Assembly: GCA_963765575.1 (NCBI GenBank)
Contig: CAVXWZ010000011.1
Coordinates: 96,001 to 160,000 of the forward strand
From: an uncultured cyanobacterium
GTDB lineage: Bacteria; Cyanobacteriota; Cyanobacteriia; PCC-6307; Cyanobiaceae
Direction of reading: 5' to 3'
Length of the DNA: 64,000 nucleotides
A program made the translations under genes and the position numbers. Below, piece after piece: positions 1 to 11,250 of the stretch. The notes beneath the pieces were generated by a model that saw nothing but the letters and a program-made list of their open reading frames with translations, did no database searches and was not told the origin of the DNA. Within the stretch, counting starts at the first letter, position 1. The number at the start of each line of letters is the position of its first letter.

Positions 1-2331
1 GGTTCAGGTTGGCAGGGTCGCCTGTTCACGGGTGCTCCTTCCGGGTTGAAGGTGGGTCCGCAGCGGATCTCCATGCCGGAGGTGGGTCTGCAGTCCATCG
101 CCTTCGATGGCGCTGACAGCGCCTACACCCTGTCGGTCACGCCGGCGCCCGGCGTCAATCTGGGCCGGCCGGTGGTGAGTGCCGATGGCCGCGACCTGAT
201 CCTCACCTTTGCCTCACCCGTGCCCCAGGCCAGGCTGCAGGTCAACCGCTTCAACATGGCCCAACCCGGTGCGGTGCCGCTGCCCACCTATGCCCCGCCG
301 CTCCAGGCCCGGGCCACGGCCCCACCGTTGGGCGACATGGCCGTGGGCACGATGACCATGCGTGGTGCCGGTTCTCTCAATCTCTCCGGTCCACCGGTGA
401 CGATGACCCTCAAGAATGCGCCCGCCAAGGATGCACTGATGGCTCTGGCCCAGCTGGGTGGCTATGGCTTTGCCTATGTGGATGACCATGCCAATGCTGC
501 CCAGCAGAGCGCTGGCGCGGGACTCGCCGGTGTGCCAGGGGGCCCTGGCTTCCCCGGTGCCTCGCTCGGAGATCGGCCGATTTCCATCGCCTTTCGCAAT
601 GAGAGCTATGCAACGGCCATCAACACCACCCTCCTCTCGGCTGGGCTTCAGGGCCGCCGCGAAGGCAATGTGATCTTTGCCGGTCCAAAGGCCATGGGCG
701 CGGCTATCGGCCCCCAGGTGTCCAAGGTCTATCGGCTGAACCAGGTGAGCCCGGCCGACGCCGCGCGCTACCTCGCCAACCTGGGCGCCATCGTGGTGCG
801 CACCAAGATTGAGCGCGAATCCACAACCCAGGGCATTGCCAATGCGGCGGTGGTGTTCGGCTCCACCGCATCGCAGACCACGGCCTCGACCGAAACGGTG
901 AGTGTGGAGGAGTTCGGGGCCAGCCGCGGGCCGTTGCTGGGGTTACGGGCCACCACCGACAACCGCCTGGGCACGATCACCATGGTGGGCTCCCCGGACA
1001 TCGTGGGCATCGGCGAGCAGTATCTGAAGCAGCTTGATCTGCGGCAGCGGCAGGTGGCTCTGAATGTGAAAATTCTGGATGTCAATCTGGATAACGTATC
1101 GGAAGTCGACAATTCATTCGCCTTCCGTTTCGGCAATAATTTTATTGTCAATAACAGCGGCCAATTGCTGGGGGCATTCGGCAATAATCTGCCTCCCCAG
1201 GAGGATGCTTTTGGGCGCTTCCAGCCTGAATCGATTGAATTCGACGGTGAAGAGTTCACCACCGAAGGTGGCCCGCCAAACCAAGGGCTTACTGCCAGGG
1301 GGTTCACAAGGGGCATTCAGATTGATGTCAACCGAGGCCGCAACCTCAACCGCAACACGCTGCGGACCTTGGGCCGTCTGACTGGCTCGGAACTGCAGAC
1401 CACAGTGGATCCTGTGACCGGCAATGTGACATCGATCACCATCCCGACGGATTCCAATAGCCGCGGCCTGCAGAGGGAGATCAACAGGATTGTCGGCAGG
1501 GATGCCACGGTTTCTCGCTTTCGCTCAAATACCTCCGGCGGAATTGACCTACTCAGCACGCCCCGTAATCCTGGCAGCAATTTCGAAGAGAACACATTTT
1601 ACAATTTTGTCCGCGCTCAGATCGTCTCCGGTTCCACCAAGCTTCTGGCCAGTCCCACATTAATTCTGCAGGAGAATACCTCGCTGCTTCGCGATGCGTC
1701 ATCAGCGGCGTCGCCATTTGTGTCGGGTAATCAAGGGCTTGGTGAATTCAATATCGATTCCCCCATCGGCCGGGCCCGGGCCAATGAAGGTGTGGTTCGT
1801 GTCGGCACCAACGTTGTCACCAATTACGAAACCGAAAGCCCCGAGGGCGGCGGCAATGTCATCTGCACGCCCGTCCTCTCCACCGCTGGCCTGGTTCTCG
1901 GCGCCCGTGTGGAGAAGATTGACGACAATGGTTTTGTCACGTTCACCTTGTCGCCGAGCGTATCTGCCGTCACCGGTCAGGAGCCAGCTCCGCCGGCCTG
2001 CGGATCACCTCTCAACATTCTCAGCGTCCGCAGCCTCGATACGGGTGCTCTGCGCGTCCGCGAAGGCCAAACCCTGATCATGACCGGTGTGATCTCCGAA
2101 TTTGACCGGGAGCAAGTGAGCAAGTGGCCGATTCTCGGCGATATTCCGATCATTGGTCAGTTCTTCAGATTTTCAGGGCGTAGCCGTGAGAAACGCGAAC
2201 TCGTGATCATGGTCACACCGCGAATCGTTGATGATAGTGATGGTGGTCTTTATGGATATGGCTACCAGCCCGGCACCAGCCAGGGCCGAGACTTCTTCGG
2301 CTCTGCCCTGCAGACCGGCAATGGGTTCTAG
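1..2331 (+). CDS. pilQ: Type IV pilus secretin PilQ/GspD family (5' end lies outside the window)
   Basis: Frame open from base 1; N-domain 'VTMTLKNAPAKDALMALAQLGGY', 'LDLRQRQVALNVKILDV', secretin C-terminal 'GQTLIMTGVI...SKWPILGDIPIIGQFFR...RELVIMVTPRI'. Confidence 0.9.
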   Translation, partial: GSGWQGRLFTGAPSGLKVGPQRISMPEVGLQSIAFDGADSAYTLSVTPAPGVNLGRPVVSADGRDLILTFASPVPQARLQVNRFNMAQPGAVPLPTYAPPLQARATAPPLGDMAVGTMTMRGAGSLNLSGPPVTMTLKNAPAKDALMALAQLGGYGFAYVDDHANAAQQSAGAGLAGVPGGPGFPGASLGDRPISIAFRNESYATAINTTLLSAGLQGRREGNVIFAGPKAMGAAIGPQVSKVYRLNQVSPADAARYLANLGAIVVRTKIERESTTQGIANAAVVFGSTASQTTASTETVSVEEFGASRGPLLGLRATTDNRLGTITMVGSPDIVGIGEQYLKQLDLRQRQVALNVKILDVNLDNVSEVDNSFAFRFGNNFIVNNSGQLLGAFGNNLPPQEDAFGRFQPESIEFDGEEFTTEGGPPNQGLTARGFTRGIQIDVNRGRNLNRNTLRTLGRLTGSELQTTVDPVTGNVTSITIPTDSNSRGLQREINRIVGRDATVSRFRSNTSGGIDLLSTPRNPGSNFEENTFYNFVRAQIVSGSTKLLASPTLILQENTSLLRDASSAASPFVSGNQGLGEFNIDSPIGRARANEGVVRVGTNVVTNYETESPEGGGNVICTPVLSTAGLVLGARVEKIDDNGFVTFTLSPSVSAVTGQEPAPPACGSPLNILSVRSLDTGALRVREGQTLIMTGVISEFDREQVSKWPILGDIPIIGQFFRFSGRSREKRELVIMVTPRIVDDSDGGLYGYGYQPGTSQGRDFFGSALQTGNGF

Positions 2332-2422
2332 GCGAGCATGTCTTGCTGGTGCTTGCACCTCTTCGTGCTCACTCCCCTTCGGCCAGGTGTGGTTTTGCGC
2401 CGCTTGATCCTTGCTTGATTCG

Positions 2423-3223
2423 ATGATCGAGGAGCCCGAAGATCAGGATCTCTCCACCGAGGCCCTTGAGCAGGAACTCCAACGCGTCAAGGCCGAGCTG
2501 GAGGAGTATCAGGGGCTGATCGAGGAGCTGCCGTCGATCTACGAGGGCAAGTTTCACCACCAGCTGCGGGATGTGGCCCAGGACATCCGCCGGTTGCTCG
2601 ATGAACGCCAGGCCCTCCAGCGCCAGATTGACCATGCCCTCGAGGGCGGCCCTGAGGCGATGGCCCTGCCCGAGGCCACGACGGCGATGGCTGAGGAGCG
2701 GCGTCCCGACACCCCCTTCCTCGACGCGGATGAGGCCGGCGAGGCGCCTGCGGCACGCAATGCTCAGCCCCGGCTGATCCTGCTCTCTGCGCTCACGATG
2801 CTGGCGGTGGCCGGGCTCGTTGGGGCCCTGGGGCTCTGGATCCGGTCGCGCGCCCCCCAGCTCGCCACTCCAGCGGAGGTTGAGGCGCCGGCACCGGAGC
2901 CGGCCGCCGAGGCCTCGGCGCCTGGCCCCGATGCCGAAACTCCGGCCGCCACACCCAGCCCTGGGAGCCTGCGCCTGCGGGCCCGGGGCGACTGCTGGGT
3001 GGAGGTGCAGACCCTCGATGGCCGGCGGCTGTTCATGGGCATGCTGATCGGCGACGAGGAACGCAGCCTGGCGCTGGGGGAGGGGCTGCGCCTGCTGGCG
3101 GGGCGCCCCGACCTGCTTGAGGTGGCGGCTGGCACGGATGACTTCCGCACCCTGGGCTCCATCGAGGCGGTGGAGTGGACCACCTTTGTGCCTCCTGCCG
3201 CTCCCGAGCGTCCGGCCAGCTGA
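2423..3223 (+). CDS. Coiled-coil, single TM, C-terminal DUF4115 (RodZ C-terminal-like) protein
   Basis: N-terminal heptad region, TM 'LILLSALTMLAVAGLVGALGLWI', Pro/Ala linker, C-terminal 'LRLRARGDCWVEV...LRLLAGRPDLLEV'; start may be 2411. Confidence 0.7.
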   Translation: MIEEPEDQDLSTEALEQELQRVKAELEEYQGLIEELPSIYEGKFHHQLRDVAQDIRRLLDERQALQRQIDHALEGGPEAMALPEATTAMAEERRPDTPFLDADEAGEAPAARNAQPRLILLSALTMLAVAGLVGALGLWIRSRAPQLATPAEVEAPAPEPAAEASAPGPDAETPAATPSPGSLRLRARGDCWVEVQTLDGRRLFMGMLIGDEERSLALGEGLRLLAGRPDLLEVAAGTDDFRTLGSIEAVEWTTFVPPAAPERPAS

Positions 3224-4296
3224 TGGCCGCCCCAGTTCTGGTCACCGGCGCCGCCGGCTTCATCGGTGCCGCCGTCTGTGAGCGCCTGCTGGGCCGAGGC
3301 GAGCGGGTGATCGGCCTCGACAACCTCAACGCCTACTACGAGCCCGCCCTCAAGCGGGCCCGGCTGGATCGGGTCGCCGCCACAGCCAAGGCCACGGTGG
3401 GCGCCCAGGGATCTCCCGGCTGGGACTTCCACGCCCTCGACATCACCGATGCCCCGGCCGTGATGGAGCTGTTCAGGCGGGAGCGGCCCGACCGGGTGAT
3501 CCATCTGGCGGCCCAGGCGGGCGTGCGCCACTCGATCGACAACCCCGGCGTGTACATCCAGAGCAATCTGGTGGGCTTCGGCACCATCCTCGAGGCCTGC
3601 CGCCACCACGCCGTGCGCCATCTGGTGTATGGCTCCAGCAGCTCGGTGTATGGCGGCAACACCAACCTGCCCTTCAGCGAGCGCCAGCCGGTGAACCATC
3701 CGGTGAGCCTCTATGCGGCTACCAAGAAGGCCAACGAATTGATGGCCCACAGCTACAGCCATCTCTATGGCCTGAGTGCCACGGGGCTGCGCTTCTTCAC
3801 CGTGTATGGCCCCTGGGGCCGCCCTGACATGGCGCCGATGCTGTTCGCCAGGGCGATCCTCGCCGGTGAACCGATCAAGGTGTTCAACCACGGACAGATG
3901 CGGCGCGACTTCACCTACATCGACGATGTGGTGGAGGGGGTGATCCGCTGCCTCGACAAGCCGGCGACGGCCGATCCCGGTTTCGATGCGTCTGCCCCCG
4001 ATCCGGCCACCAGCTGGGCGCCGCATCGGATCTTCAACATCGGCAACAGCCAGCCGGTGCAGCTGCTGGCCTTCATCGGCGCCCTGGAGCAGGCCCTGGG
4101 GAGGGAGGCGATCAAGACCTTCCTGCCCCTGCAGCCCGGCGACGTGGAGGCCACCGCCGCCGATACGGCGCTGCTGGAGGCGTGGGTGGGCTTCCGGCCA
4201 TGCACGCCGCTGCAGGAGGGTGTGGAGCACTTCGCGGCCTGGTACCAGCAGCACCGGGGACTGACAATCCTTCCGGAAGGTGCCGTGATGAATTGA
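3223..4296 (+). CDS. NAD-dependent epimerase, UDP-glucuronate 4-epimerase type
   Basis: GAAGFIG, HLAAQAGVRHS, YAATKKANE, FFTVYGPWGRPDMA; ATG overlaps upstream TGA. Confidence 0.92.
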   Translation: MAAPVLVTGAAGFIGAAVCERLLGRGERVIGLDNLNAYYEPALKRARLDRVAATAKATVGAQGSPGWDFHALDITDAPAVMELFRRERPDRVIHLAAQAGVRHSIDNPGVYIQSNLVGFGTILEACRHHAVRHLVYGSSSSVYGGNTNLPFSERQPVNHPVSLYAATKKANELMAHSYSHLYGLSATGLRFFTVYGPWGRPDMAPMLFARAILAGEPIKVFNHGQMRRDFTYIDDVVEGVIRCLDKPATADPGFDASAPDPATSWAPHRIFNIGNSQPVQLLAFIGALEQALGREAIKTFLPLQPGDVEATAADTALLEAWVGFRPCTPLQEGVEHFAAWYQQHRGLTILPEGAVMN

Positions 4297-4364
4297 AGAC
4301 AACGCCCTCGCGCGGGCAATTCCCATGGGAAGCTATTTCGACTCCAGGAATCAACAGAAAATCA

Positions 4365-5828
4365 ATGGCGGCAGGGCGGAATATTCATTCAATTTGCTGT
4401 ATCGGTGCTGGTTACGTGGGTGGGCCCACCATGGCCGTGATTGCCGATCGCTGTCCGCATATCCAGGTCACCGTTGTTGATCTGAACGAGGCGCGGATTG
4501 CCGCCTGGAATGATGACGATCTGGGCAAATTGCCGGTGTATGAACCCGGTCTGGATGTGGTGGTGGGCCGGGCGCGGGGCCGCAACCTGCACTTCAGCAC
4601 CGCGGTGGATGCTGCCATCGCAGCCGCCGACATGGTGTTCCTGTCGGTGAACACGCCCACCAAGCTGCGCGGCGTGGGCGCTGGGCAGGCGAGCGATCTG
4701 CGCTGGATCGAGGCTTCGGCGCGGCAGGTGGCGGCGGCGGCCAGCGGCCACACGATCGTGGTGGAGAAGAGCACCCTGCCGGTGCGCACCGCCGAAGCGG
4801 TGAAGACGATCCTGGACGCTGCCGAGGACAACGCTGCCGCAGGCATCGCTGCAGCAGGCAATGCGGCGGGGGGGAAGACTTTCTCGGTGCTCTCCAATCC
4901 GGAGTTTCTGGCCGAGGGCACGGCCATCAAGGATCTGGAGGCGCCGGATCGGGTGCTGATCGGCGGCGAGGACGACGACGCGATCGAGGCCCTGGCCCAG
5001 GTGTATTCAGCCTGGGTGCCGCAGCAGCGCATTCTGCGCACCAATCTGTGGAGCAGCGAGCTGAGCAAGCTCACCGCCAACGCCTTCCTGGCCCAGCGGG
5101 TGTCGTCGATCAACGGCATCGCCGCGCTGTGCGAGGCCACCGGCGCCGATGTGCGCGAAGTGGCGCGGGCGATCGGCACCGACTCGCGCATCGGGCCGAA
5201 GTTTCTGCAGGCCGGGCCGGGCTTCGGCGGCAGTTGCTTCCAGAAGGACATCCTCAACCTCGTGTATCTCTGCCGCCACTACCGGCTGGAGGAGGTGGCC
5301 AGCTACTGGGAGTCGGTGGTGGGGCTGAACAGCTGGCAGCAGCACCGCATCGCCCGGCTGGTGGTGAACAGCCTGTTCGGCACGGTGAGCGGCAAGCGCC
5401 TGGCGGTGCTGGGTTTCGCCTTCAAGGCCGACACCAACGACACCCGCGAGGCGCCGGCGATCCGCATCTGCCGCGACCTGATCGAGGAGGGGGCCCAGCT
5501 GGCGATCGTGGACCCGAAGGTGGAGCAGAGCCAGATCAGCCGCGACCTGGGCTGTGGACCGCTCGACGCCGATCCCTCCGCCGCGTCCGCCTACCGGCTG
5601 TTGGCGGGTGACGGGGGCTGGTTCCCGGCCCTCAACCCGCACGAGGCCGCCCGCGGGGCCGATGCCGTGCTGATCCTCACCGAGTGGGAGCAGTACCACC
5701 GCCTCGACTGGAGTGGCATCGCCGCGGTGATGCGGCGGCCGTCGTGGCTGTTCGATGCCCGGGCGATCGCCGATGCGCCTGAGGCGCGGGCGGCGGGCCT
5801 GACTGTGTGGCGCGTGGGGGAGGGCTGA
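4365..5828 (+). CDS. ugd: UDP-glucose 6-dehydrogenase
   Basis: CCIGAGYVGGPT, VVEKSTLP, LSNPEFLAEG, GFGGSCFQKD, GFAFKADTNDTRE. Confidence 0.95.
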   Translation: MAAGRNIHSICCIGAGYVGGPTMAVIADRCPHIQVTVVDLNEARIAAWNDDDLGKLPVYEPGLDVVVGRARGRNLHFSTAVDAAIAAADMVFLSVNTPTKLRGVGAGQASDLRWIEASARQVAAAASGHTIVVEKSTLPVRTAEAVKTILDAAEDNAAAGIAAAGNAAGGKTFSVLSNPEFLAEGTAIKDLEAPDRVLIGGEDDDAIEALAQVYSAWVPQQRILRTNLWSSELSKLTANAFLAQRVSSINGIAALCEATGADVREVARAIGTDSRIGPKFLQAGPGFGGSCFQKDILNLVYLCRHYRLEEVASYWESVVGLNSWQQHRIARLVVNSLFGTVSGKRLAVLGFAFKADTNDTREAPAIRICRDLIEEGAQLAIVDPKVEQSQISRDLGCGPLDADPSAASAYRLLAGDGGWFPALNPHEAARGADAVLILTEWEQYHRLDWSGIAAVMRRPSWLFDARAIADAPEARAAGLTVWRVGEG

Positions 5829-5831
5829 GCC

Positions 5832-6778
<947 letters not shown>

Positions 6779-6782
<4 letters not shown>

Positions 6783-7816
6783 AGCTGCTGGTGACTGGTG
6801 GAGCCGGCTACATCGGCAGCCACACCGTGCGCGCCCTGCAGCGGGCCGGCCACAGCCCGATCGTGCTCGACAACCTCGTGTATGGCCATCGCCGCATCGT
6901 GGAGGAGGTGCTGAAGGTGCCTTTGGTGGAGGGCCAGCTCGGCGACCGGGAGCTGATCGATCAGCTGCTCAGCGGCGGCCATCCGGCCTGCGGCGGCGAG
7001 CGGGTGCAGGCGGTGCTGCATTTCGCCGCCTATGCCTACGTGGGCGAGTCGGTGCAGGATCCGGCCAGGTATTACCGCAACAACCTCGGGGATTCCCTGG
7101 TGCTGCTGGAGGCCCTGGTGGAGCCAGTGCGGGCCGGCAGCGGCCCGGCGATTCCGATCGTGTTCTCCTCCACCTGTGCCACCTACGGCATCCCGGAGAC
7201 GGTGCCGATCACCGAAGACACCCCCCAGCAGCCAATCAATCCCTACGGCCGCAGCAAGTGGATGGTGGAGCAGCTGCTGGCTGACTTCGGTGCCGCCTAC
7301 GGCCTGCCGAGCGTGATCTTCCGCTATTTCAATGCCGCCGGCGCCGATCCCGCCGGCGACCTGGGGGAGGATCACAGGCCGGAAACGCACCTGATCCCGC
7401 TGGTGCTGGAGGCGATGGCGGGCCGCCGGCCGGGAGTGCAGGTGTTCGGCGACGACTACCCCACTCCCGATGGCACCTGCATCCGCGACTACATCCACGT
7501 GAGCGATCTCGCCGATGCCCACGTGCTGGGGCTGCAGCAGCTGCTGGAGGGTGGCGGCCAGCACATTTACAACCTGGGCAACGGCACCGGCTACTCCGTG
7601 CAACAGGTGCTGGATGTGGCCCGCCAGGTGACGGGTCGCGGGCTGCTGGCCGATGTGGCCCCACGGCGCGCCGGCGATCCGCCCGCGCTGGTGGCCAGTG
7701 CCGGCAAAGCGCGGGCGGAGCTCCACTGGCGGCCGGCCTATCCAGACCTCGAGACGATCATTGCCCACGCCTGGGCCTGGCATCAGCGGGCCTCGGGCCC
7801 CACATCCGTTGGCTGA
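6779..7816 (+). CDS. galE: UDP-glucose 4-epimerase
   Basis: [47 protein letters not shown]. Confidence 0.93.
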
Positions 7817-7999
7817 ACGCTACCCAAAGCGGCCAAACCGGGGCCTACGGGCCCACCCCTTGCGCCATGGGTCTGCAACCCACCACAGCCACGGCCGGCC
7901 TGCGGCTGCGAGTGTCAACGGATGCCGCTGGCCCTGGCCTCCATCTGCTCTGAAGCAGCCGAAGCAGGCAGGAAGCGACGGGTCCCGTCACGGGGCCTG

Positions 8000-8230
8000 C
8001 CGCGCCGATGTTCTTGCCAATGGGCTTGGAGTTGAGCAAGGCGATGTGCTCCGCCCTGGGAATACAAGCCCTCACCCAGAGGCCCCATGCCTCAACCATC
8101 TCCAGCAGCCAGGCGGGAGGTGAGCTGTCGGTGCGGATGCAGTTCACCCCAAGCTCGCGCGCCTGGCGAAATCCCTGAGCACCTGTTGCGGCGGACGGCC
8201 CCCAGGCAGGAATGTTGATCTGTCGTTGAC
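8000..8230 (-). pseudogene. Decayed fragment of a GH2-like TIM-barrel domain (as found N-terminal to some GT2 glycosyltransferases)
   Basis: Joining two minus frames gives 'STFLP...PQQVLRDF/ARELGVNCIRTDSSPPAWLLEMVEAWGLWVRACIPRAEHIALL', resembling 'RDF..M...G.N.IRTY..PP.WLL....GL.V..G.PW.EH.AFL'; no start and no full-length ORF. Confidence 0.5.
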
Positions 8231-8311
8231 TCCGATTCCTGTTCTCGCTCTTTTCCTGTCTGCGCCGTCAGATGCCTGCAGGCAGACTCGTGCCCACCCG
8301 AGCTCTCCGGT

Positions 8312-9595
8312 TTGTCTTCGCTCCAGAGCCTGCGCGGCATGGTCGACCTGCTGCCCGACGCCACCGCGCTCTGGCAGCACGTGGAGGCCACGGCCCGCGA
8401 GCACTTCCGCCGCGCCGCCGTCGCCGAGATCCGCACGCCGCTGCTGGAGGTCACAGAGCTGTTTGCCCGCGGCATCGGTGTTGCCACCGACGTGGTGGGC
8501 AAGGAGATGTACACCTTCCTCGACCGCGGCGAGCGCAGCTGCACCCTGCGGCCCGAGGGCACGGCCTCGGTGGTGCGGGCCGCCATCCAGCACGGCCTGC
8601 TCAACCAGGGGCCCCAGCGGCTCTGGTACGGCGGCCCGATGTTTCGCTACGAGCGGCCCCAGGCCGGCCGCCAGCGCCAGTTCCACCAGATCGGCCTGGA
8701 GCTGCTGGGCGTCGCCGATCCCCGCAGCGACGTGGAGGCGATCGCCATCGCCTGGGACCTGCTCGCCGAGCTGGGCGTGGGCGGCCTGGCCCTGGAGCTC
8801 AACACCCTCGGCAGCCCCGACGACCGGGCCCGTTACCGAACCGAACTGGTGGCCTGGCTGGAGGCCCACCGCGAGCAGCTCGATCCCGACTCCCAGGCCC
8901 GCATCGCCACCAACCCCCTGCGGGTGCTCGACAGCAAGAATCCCGACACCCAGGCCCTGCTGGCCGGAGCCCCCACCCTCGCCGATGCCCTCAGCGGCGA
9001 GAGCCACGAGCGCTTCGCGCGGGTGCGGCAGGGGCTGGAGGCCCTCGCCATCCCCTTCCAGCTCAACCCGCGCCTGGTGCGTGGCCTCGACTACTACAGC
9101 CACACCGCTTTTGAGATCACCAGCAGCCAGCTCGGCGCCCAGGCCACCGTGTGCGGCGGTGGCCGCTACGACGGCCTCGTGCAGCAGCTGGGCGGACCGC
9201 CCACACCGGCGATCGGCTGGGCCCTGGGCATGGAGCGGTTGGTGCTGCTGCTCAGCCAGGCCGATCACCCCGTGGCGCCGGCCGCCGGCCCCGATCTCTA
9301 TGTGGTGAGCCGCGGTGAGGCGGCCGAGGCCCTGGCCCTGCCGCTGGCCCGCCGCTGCCGTGCCGCCGGTCTGGTGGTGGATCTCGATGCCAGCGCTGCC
9401 GCCTTCGCCAAGCAGCTGCGCCGCGCCGACCGCTGCGGCGCTCGCTTCGCCGCCGTGATCGGCGAGGCCGAGGCCGCCGCCGGGGAGGTGGTGCTCAAGG
9501 ACCTGCGCGGCGATGCCGCGGAGCAGCGTCTGGGCAGCGAAGCGCTGGTGCGTGCCCTGCGGGCGCGGCCGGTGAGCGGGGAGTCGATGGCATGA
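8312..9595 (+). CDS. hisS: Histidine--tRNA ligase
   Basis: [53 protein letters not shown]. Confidence 0.97.
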   Translation: MSSLQSLRGMVDLLPDATALWQHVEATAREHFRRAAVAEIRTPLLEVTELFARGIGVATDVVGKEMYTFLDRGERSCTLRPEGTASVVRAAIQHGLLNQGPQRLWYGGPMFRYERPQAGRQRQFHQIGLELLGVADPRSDVEAIAIAWDLLAELGVGGLALELNTLGSPDDRARYRTELVAWLEAHREQLDPDSQARIATNPLRVLDSKNPDTQALLAGAPTLADALSGESHERFARVRQGLEALAIPFQLNPRLVRGLDYYSHTAFEITSSQLGAQATVCGGGRYDGLVQQLGGPPTPAIGWALGMERLVLLLSQADHPVAPAAGPDLYVVSRGEAAEALALPLARRCRAAGLVVDLDASAAAFAKQLRRADRCGARFAAVIGEAEAAAGEVVLKDLRGDAAEQRLGSEALVRALRARPVSGESMA

Positions 9596-9680
9596 CGCCC
9601 GAGCACCTGTCCACTGATGCCGGCAGCGGTCCGGCTCCGGGCTGTTGACTGCTGGCACTCCGCCTGAGCAACCGGCCCGG

Positions 9681-10511
9681 ATGGGAGATCCCACCCTCGC
9701 CATCATCGCCGGTTCTGGAGGGCTGCCCCGCATGCTCTCCCGCGCCCTGGAGGCTTCCGGTCGCCCCCACCTCTGCTGCCACCCCCATGGCCTGGAGGTG
9801 GAGCTGGAGGAAGCCGAGGAGTTTTATTTCGAGCGTTCGATCTCCTTCTTCCGCTCGCTGGAGCAGCGCGGCATCCGCCAGGTGGTGATGGTGGGCAAGT
9901 TCCACCGTCCCCGGGCCCTCAACATCCTGCGCTTCGAGGGATCCACGCTGATGGCGGCGCCCCGGATCCTGGCTTCGCTGCGCAAGGGCGACGATGCGTC
10001 GCTGCGTTCCCTGGCCGAGATCGTCGAGGAGCTCGGCCTGGAGGTGGTGGGGGTGGAAGACGTGGCGCCCAAGCTGCTGCCCGAACCAGGGCTCTATGCC
10101 AGCCGCCTGCCCAGTGAGGCCGACCGGGCCGATGTGGAGCGCGCCGCCCACATCGTCGAGGCGATCTCGATGGTGGATGTGGGCCAGGGCGCCGTGGTGG
10201 CGGGGGGGTTGTGTCTGGCCACCGAAGCCCTCCCTGGCACGGACGCCATGCTCGAGTGGGTGGCCAGCAACCGGGCCCTGCCGCCGGAGGCCCCCCGTTC
10301 CGGCGTGCTCTACAAAGCCCCCAAACTCCAGCAGGATCGGCGCATGGATCTGCCGGCCATCGGCCCCACCACGGTGGCGAAGGCGGCGGCGGCCGGACTC
10401 TCCGGCATCGCCTGGGAGGCCCGCGGCGCCCTGCTGCTCGATGCCGAGCGCACCATGGCCGATGCCGAGCGCCTGGGGCTGTTCCTCTGGGCGCGGCAGC
10501 AGATCCGCTGA
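9681..10511 (+). CDS. lpxI: UDP-2,3-diacylglucosamine diphosphatase LpxI (DUF1009)
   Basis: LAIIAGSGGLP, GDDASL, DVGQGAVV, EALPGTDAML, KAPKLQQDRRMDLPAIGPTTV, GLSGIAWEA. Confidence 0.88.
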   Translation: MGDPTLAIIAGSGGLPRMLSRALEASGRPHLCCHPHGLEVELEEAEEFYFERSISFFRSLEQRGIRQVVMVGKFHRPRALNILRFEGSTLMAAPRILASLRKGDDASLRSLAEIVEELGLEVVGVEDVAPKLLPEPGLYASRLPSEADRADVERAAHIVEAISMVDVGQGAVVAGGLCLATEALPGTDAMLEWVASNRALPPEAPRSGVLYKAPKLQQDRRMDLPAIGPTTVAKAAAAGLSGIAWEARGALLLDAERTMADAERLGLFLWARQQIR

Positions 10512-10531
10512 GGACATTTCTGGCTGTTGGC

Positions 10532-11167
10532 TCAGGCGCCGGCCCGCTCCAGCACCCCCTTGCTGCTGGGAATGGCGCCGGCGCGGCGCGGATCGCGTTC
10601 GGTGGCCAGCCGCAGGGCGCGGGCGAAGGCCTTGAAGCAGGCCTCCACGATGTGGTGGGAGTTGGCGCCGTCGAGCTGGCGGATGTGCAGGGTGAGGCCG
10701 GCGTTGTTCACCACCGCCACGAAGAATTCCTTCACCAGCTCGGTGTCGTAGCTGCCGATCCTCTGGGCGGGAATCTGCAGGCCGTAGCTGAGGTGGGGCC
10801 GGCCGGAGCAGTCGAGGGCCACCTGCACCAGGGCCTCGTCGAGGGGGGCCACGAAGTGGCCGAAGCGGTGGATGCCGCGGCGGTCGCCGAGGGCCTGGGC
10901 GAGGGCCTGGCCCACGGCGATGCCCACGTCTTCGTTGGTGTGGTGGTCGTCGATGTGGGTGTCGCCCTCGGCGCTGATCTCCAGGTCGAGCAGGCCGTGG
11001 CTGGCGAGCTGGTGGAGCATGTGGTCGAGGAAGGGCACGCCCGTGCCCGCGTGACAGCGGCCCGTGCCGTCGAGGCTGAGCTTCACGCGCACATCGGTTT
11101 CGCCGGTGACGCGGTGGATGCTGCCGTGGCGATCGCCGCTGCTGCCGGGGGTCAGGGGGGCGGACAC
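10532..11167 (-). CDS. hisB: Imidazoleglycerol-phosphate dehydratase
   Basis: [50 protein letters not shown]. Confidence 0.96.
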   Translation of the reverse strand: MSAPLTPGSSGDRHGSIHRVTGETDVRVKLSLDGTGRCHAGTGVPFLDHMLHQLASHGLLDLEISAEGDTHIDDHHTNEDVGIAVGQALAQALGDRRGIHRFGHFVAPLDEALVQVALDCSGRPHLSYGLQIPAQRIGSYDTELVKEFFVAVVNNAGLTLHIRQLDGANSHHIVEACFKAFARALRLATERDPRRAGAIPSSKGVLERAGA

Positions 11168-11250
11168 GGGTGAGAGGCGAGAACTGTGCCAATCATGCCG
11201 AAAGCATCGGCCCCGCCAGAGCACAATCAGCTGCCTCTGTCCATCCCCGC

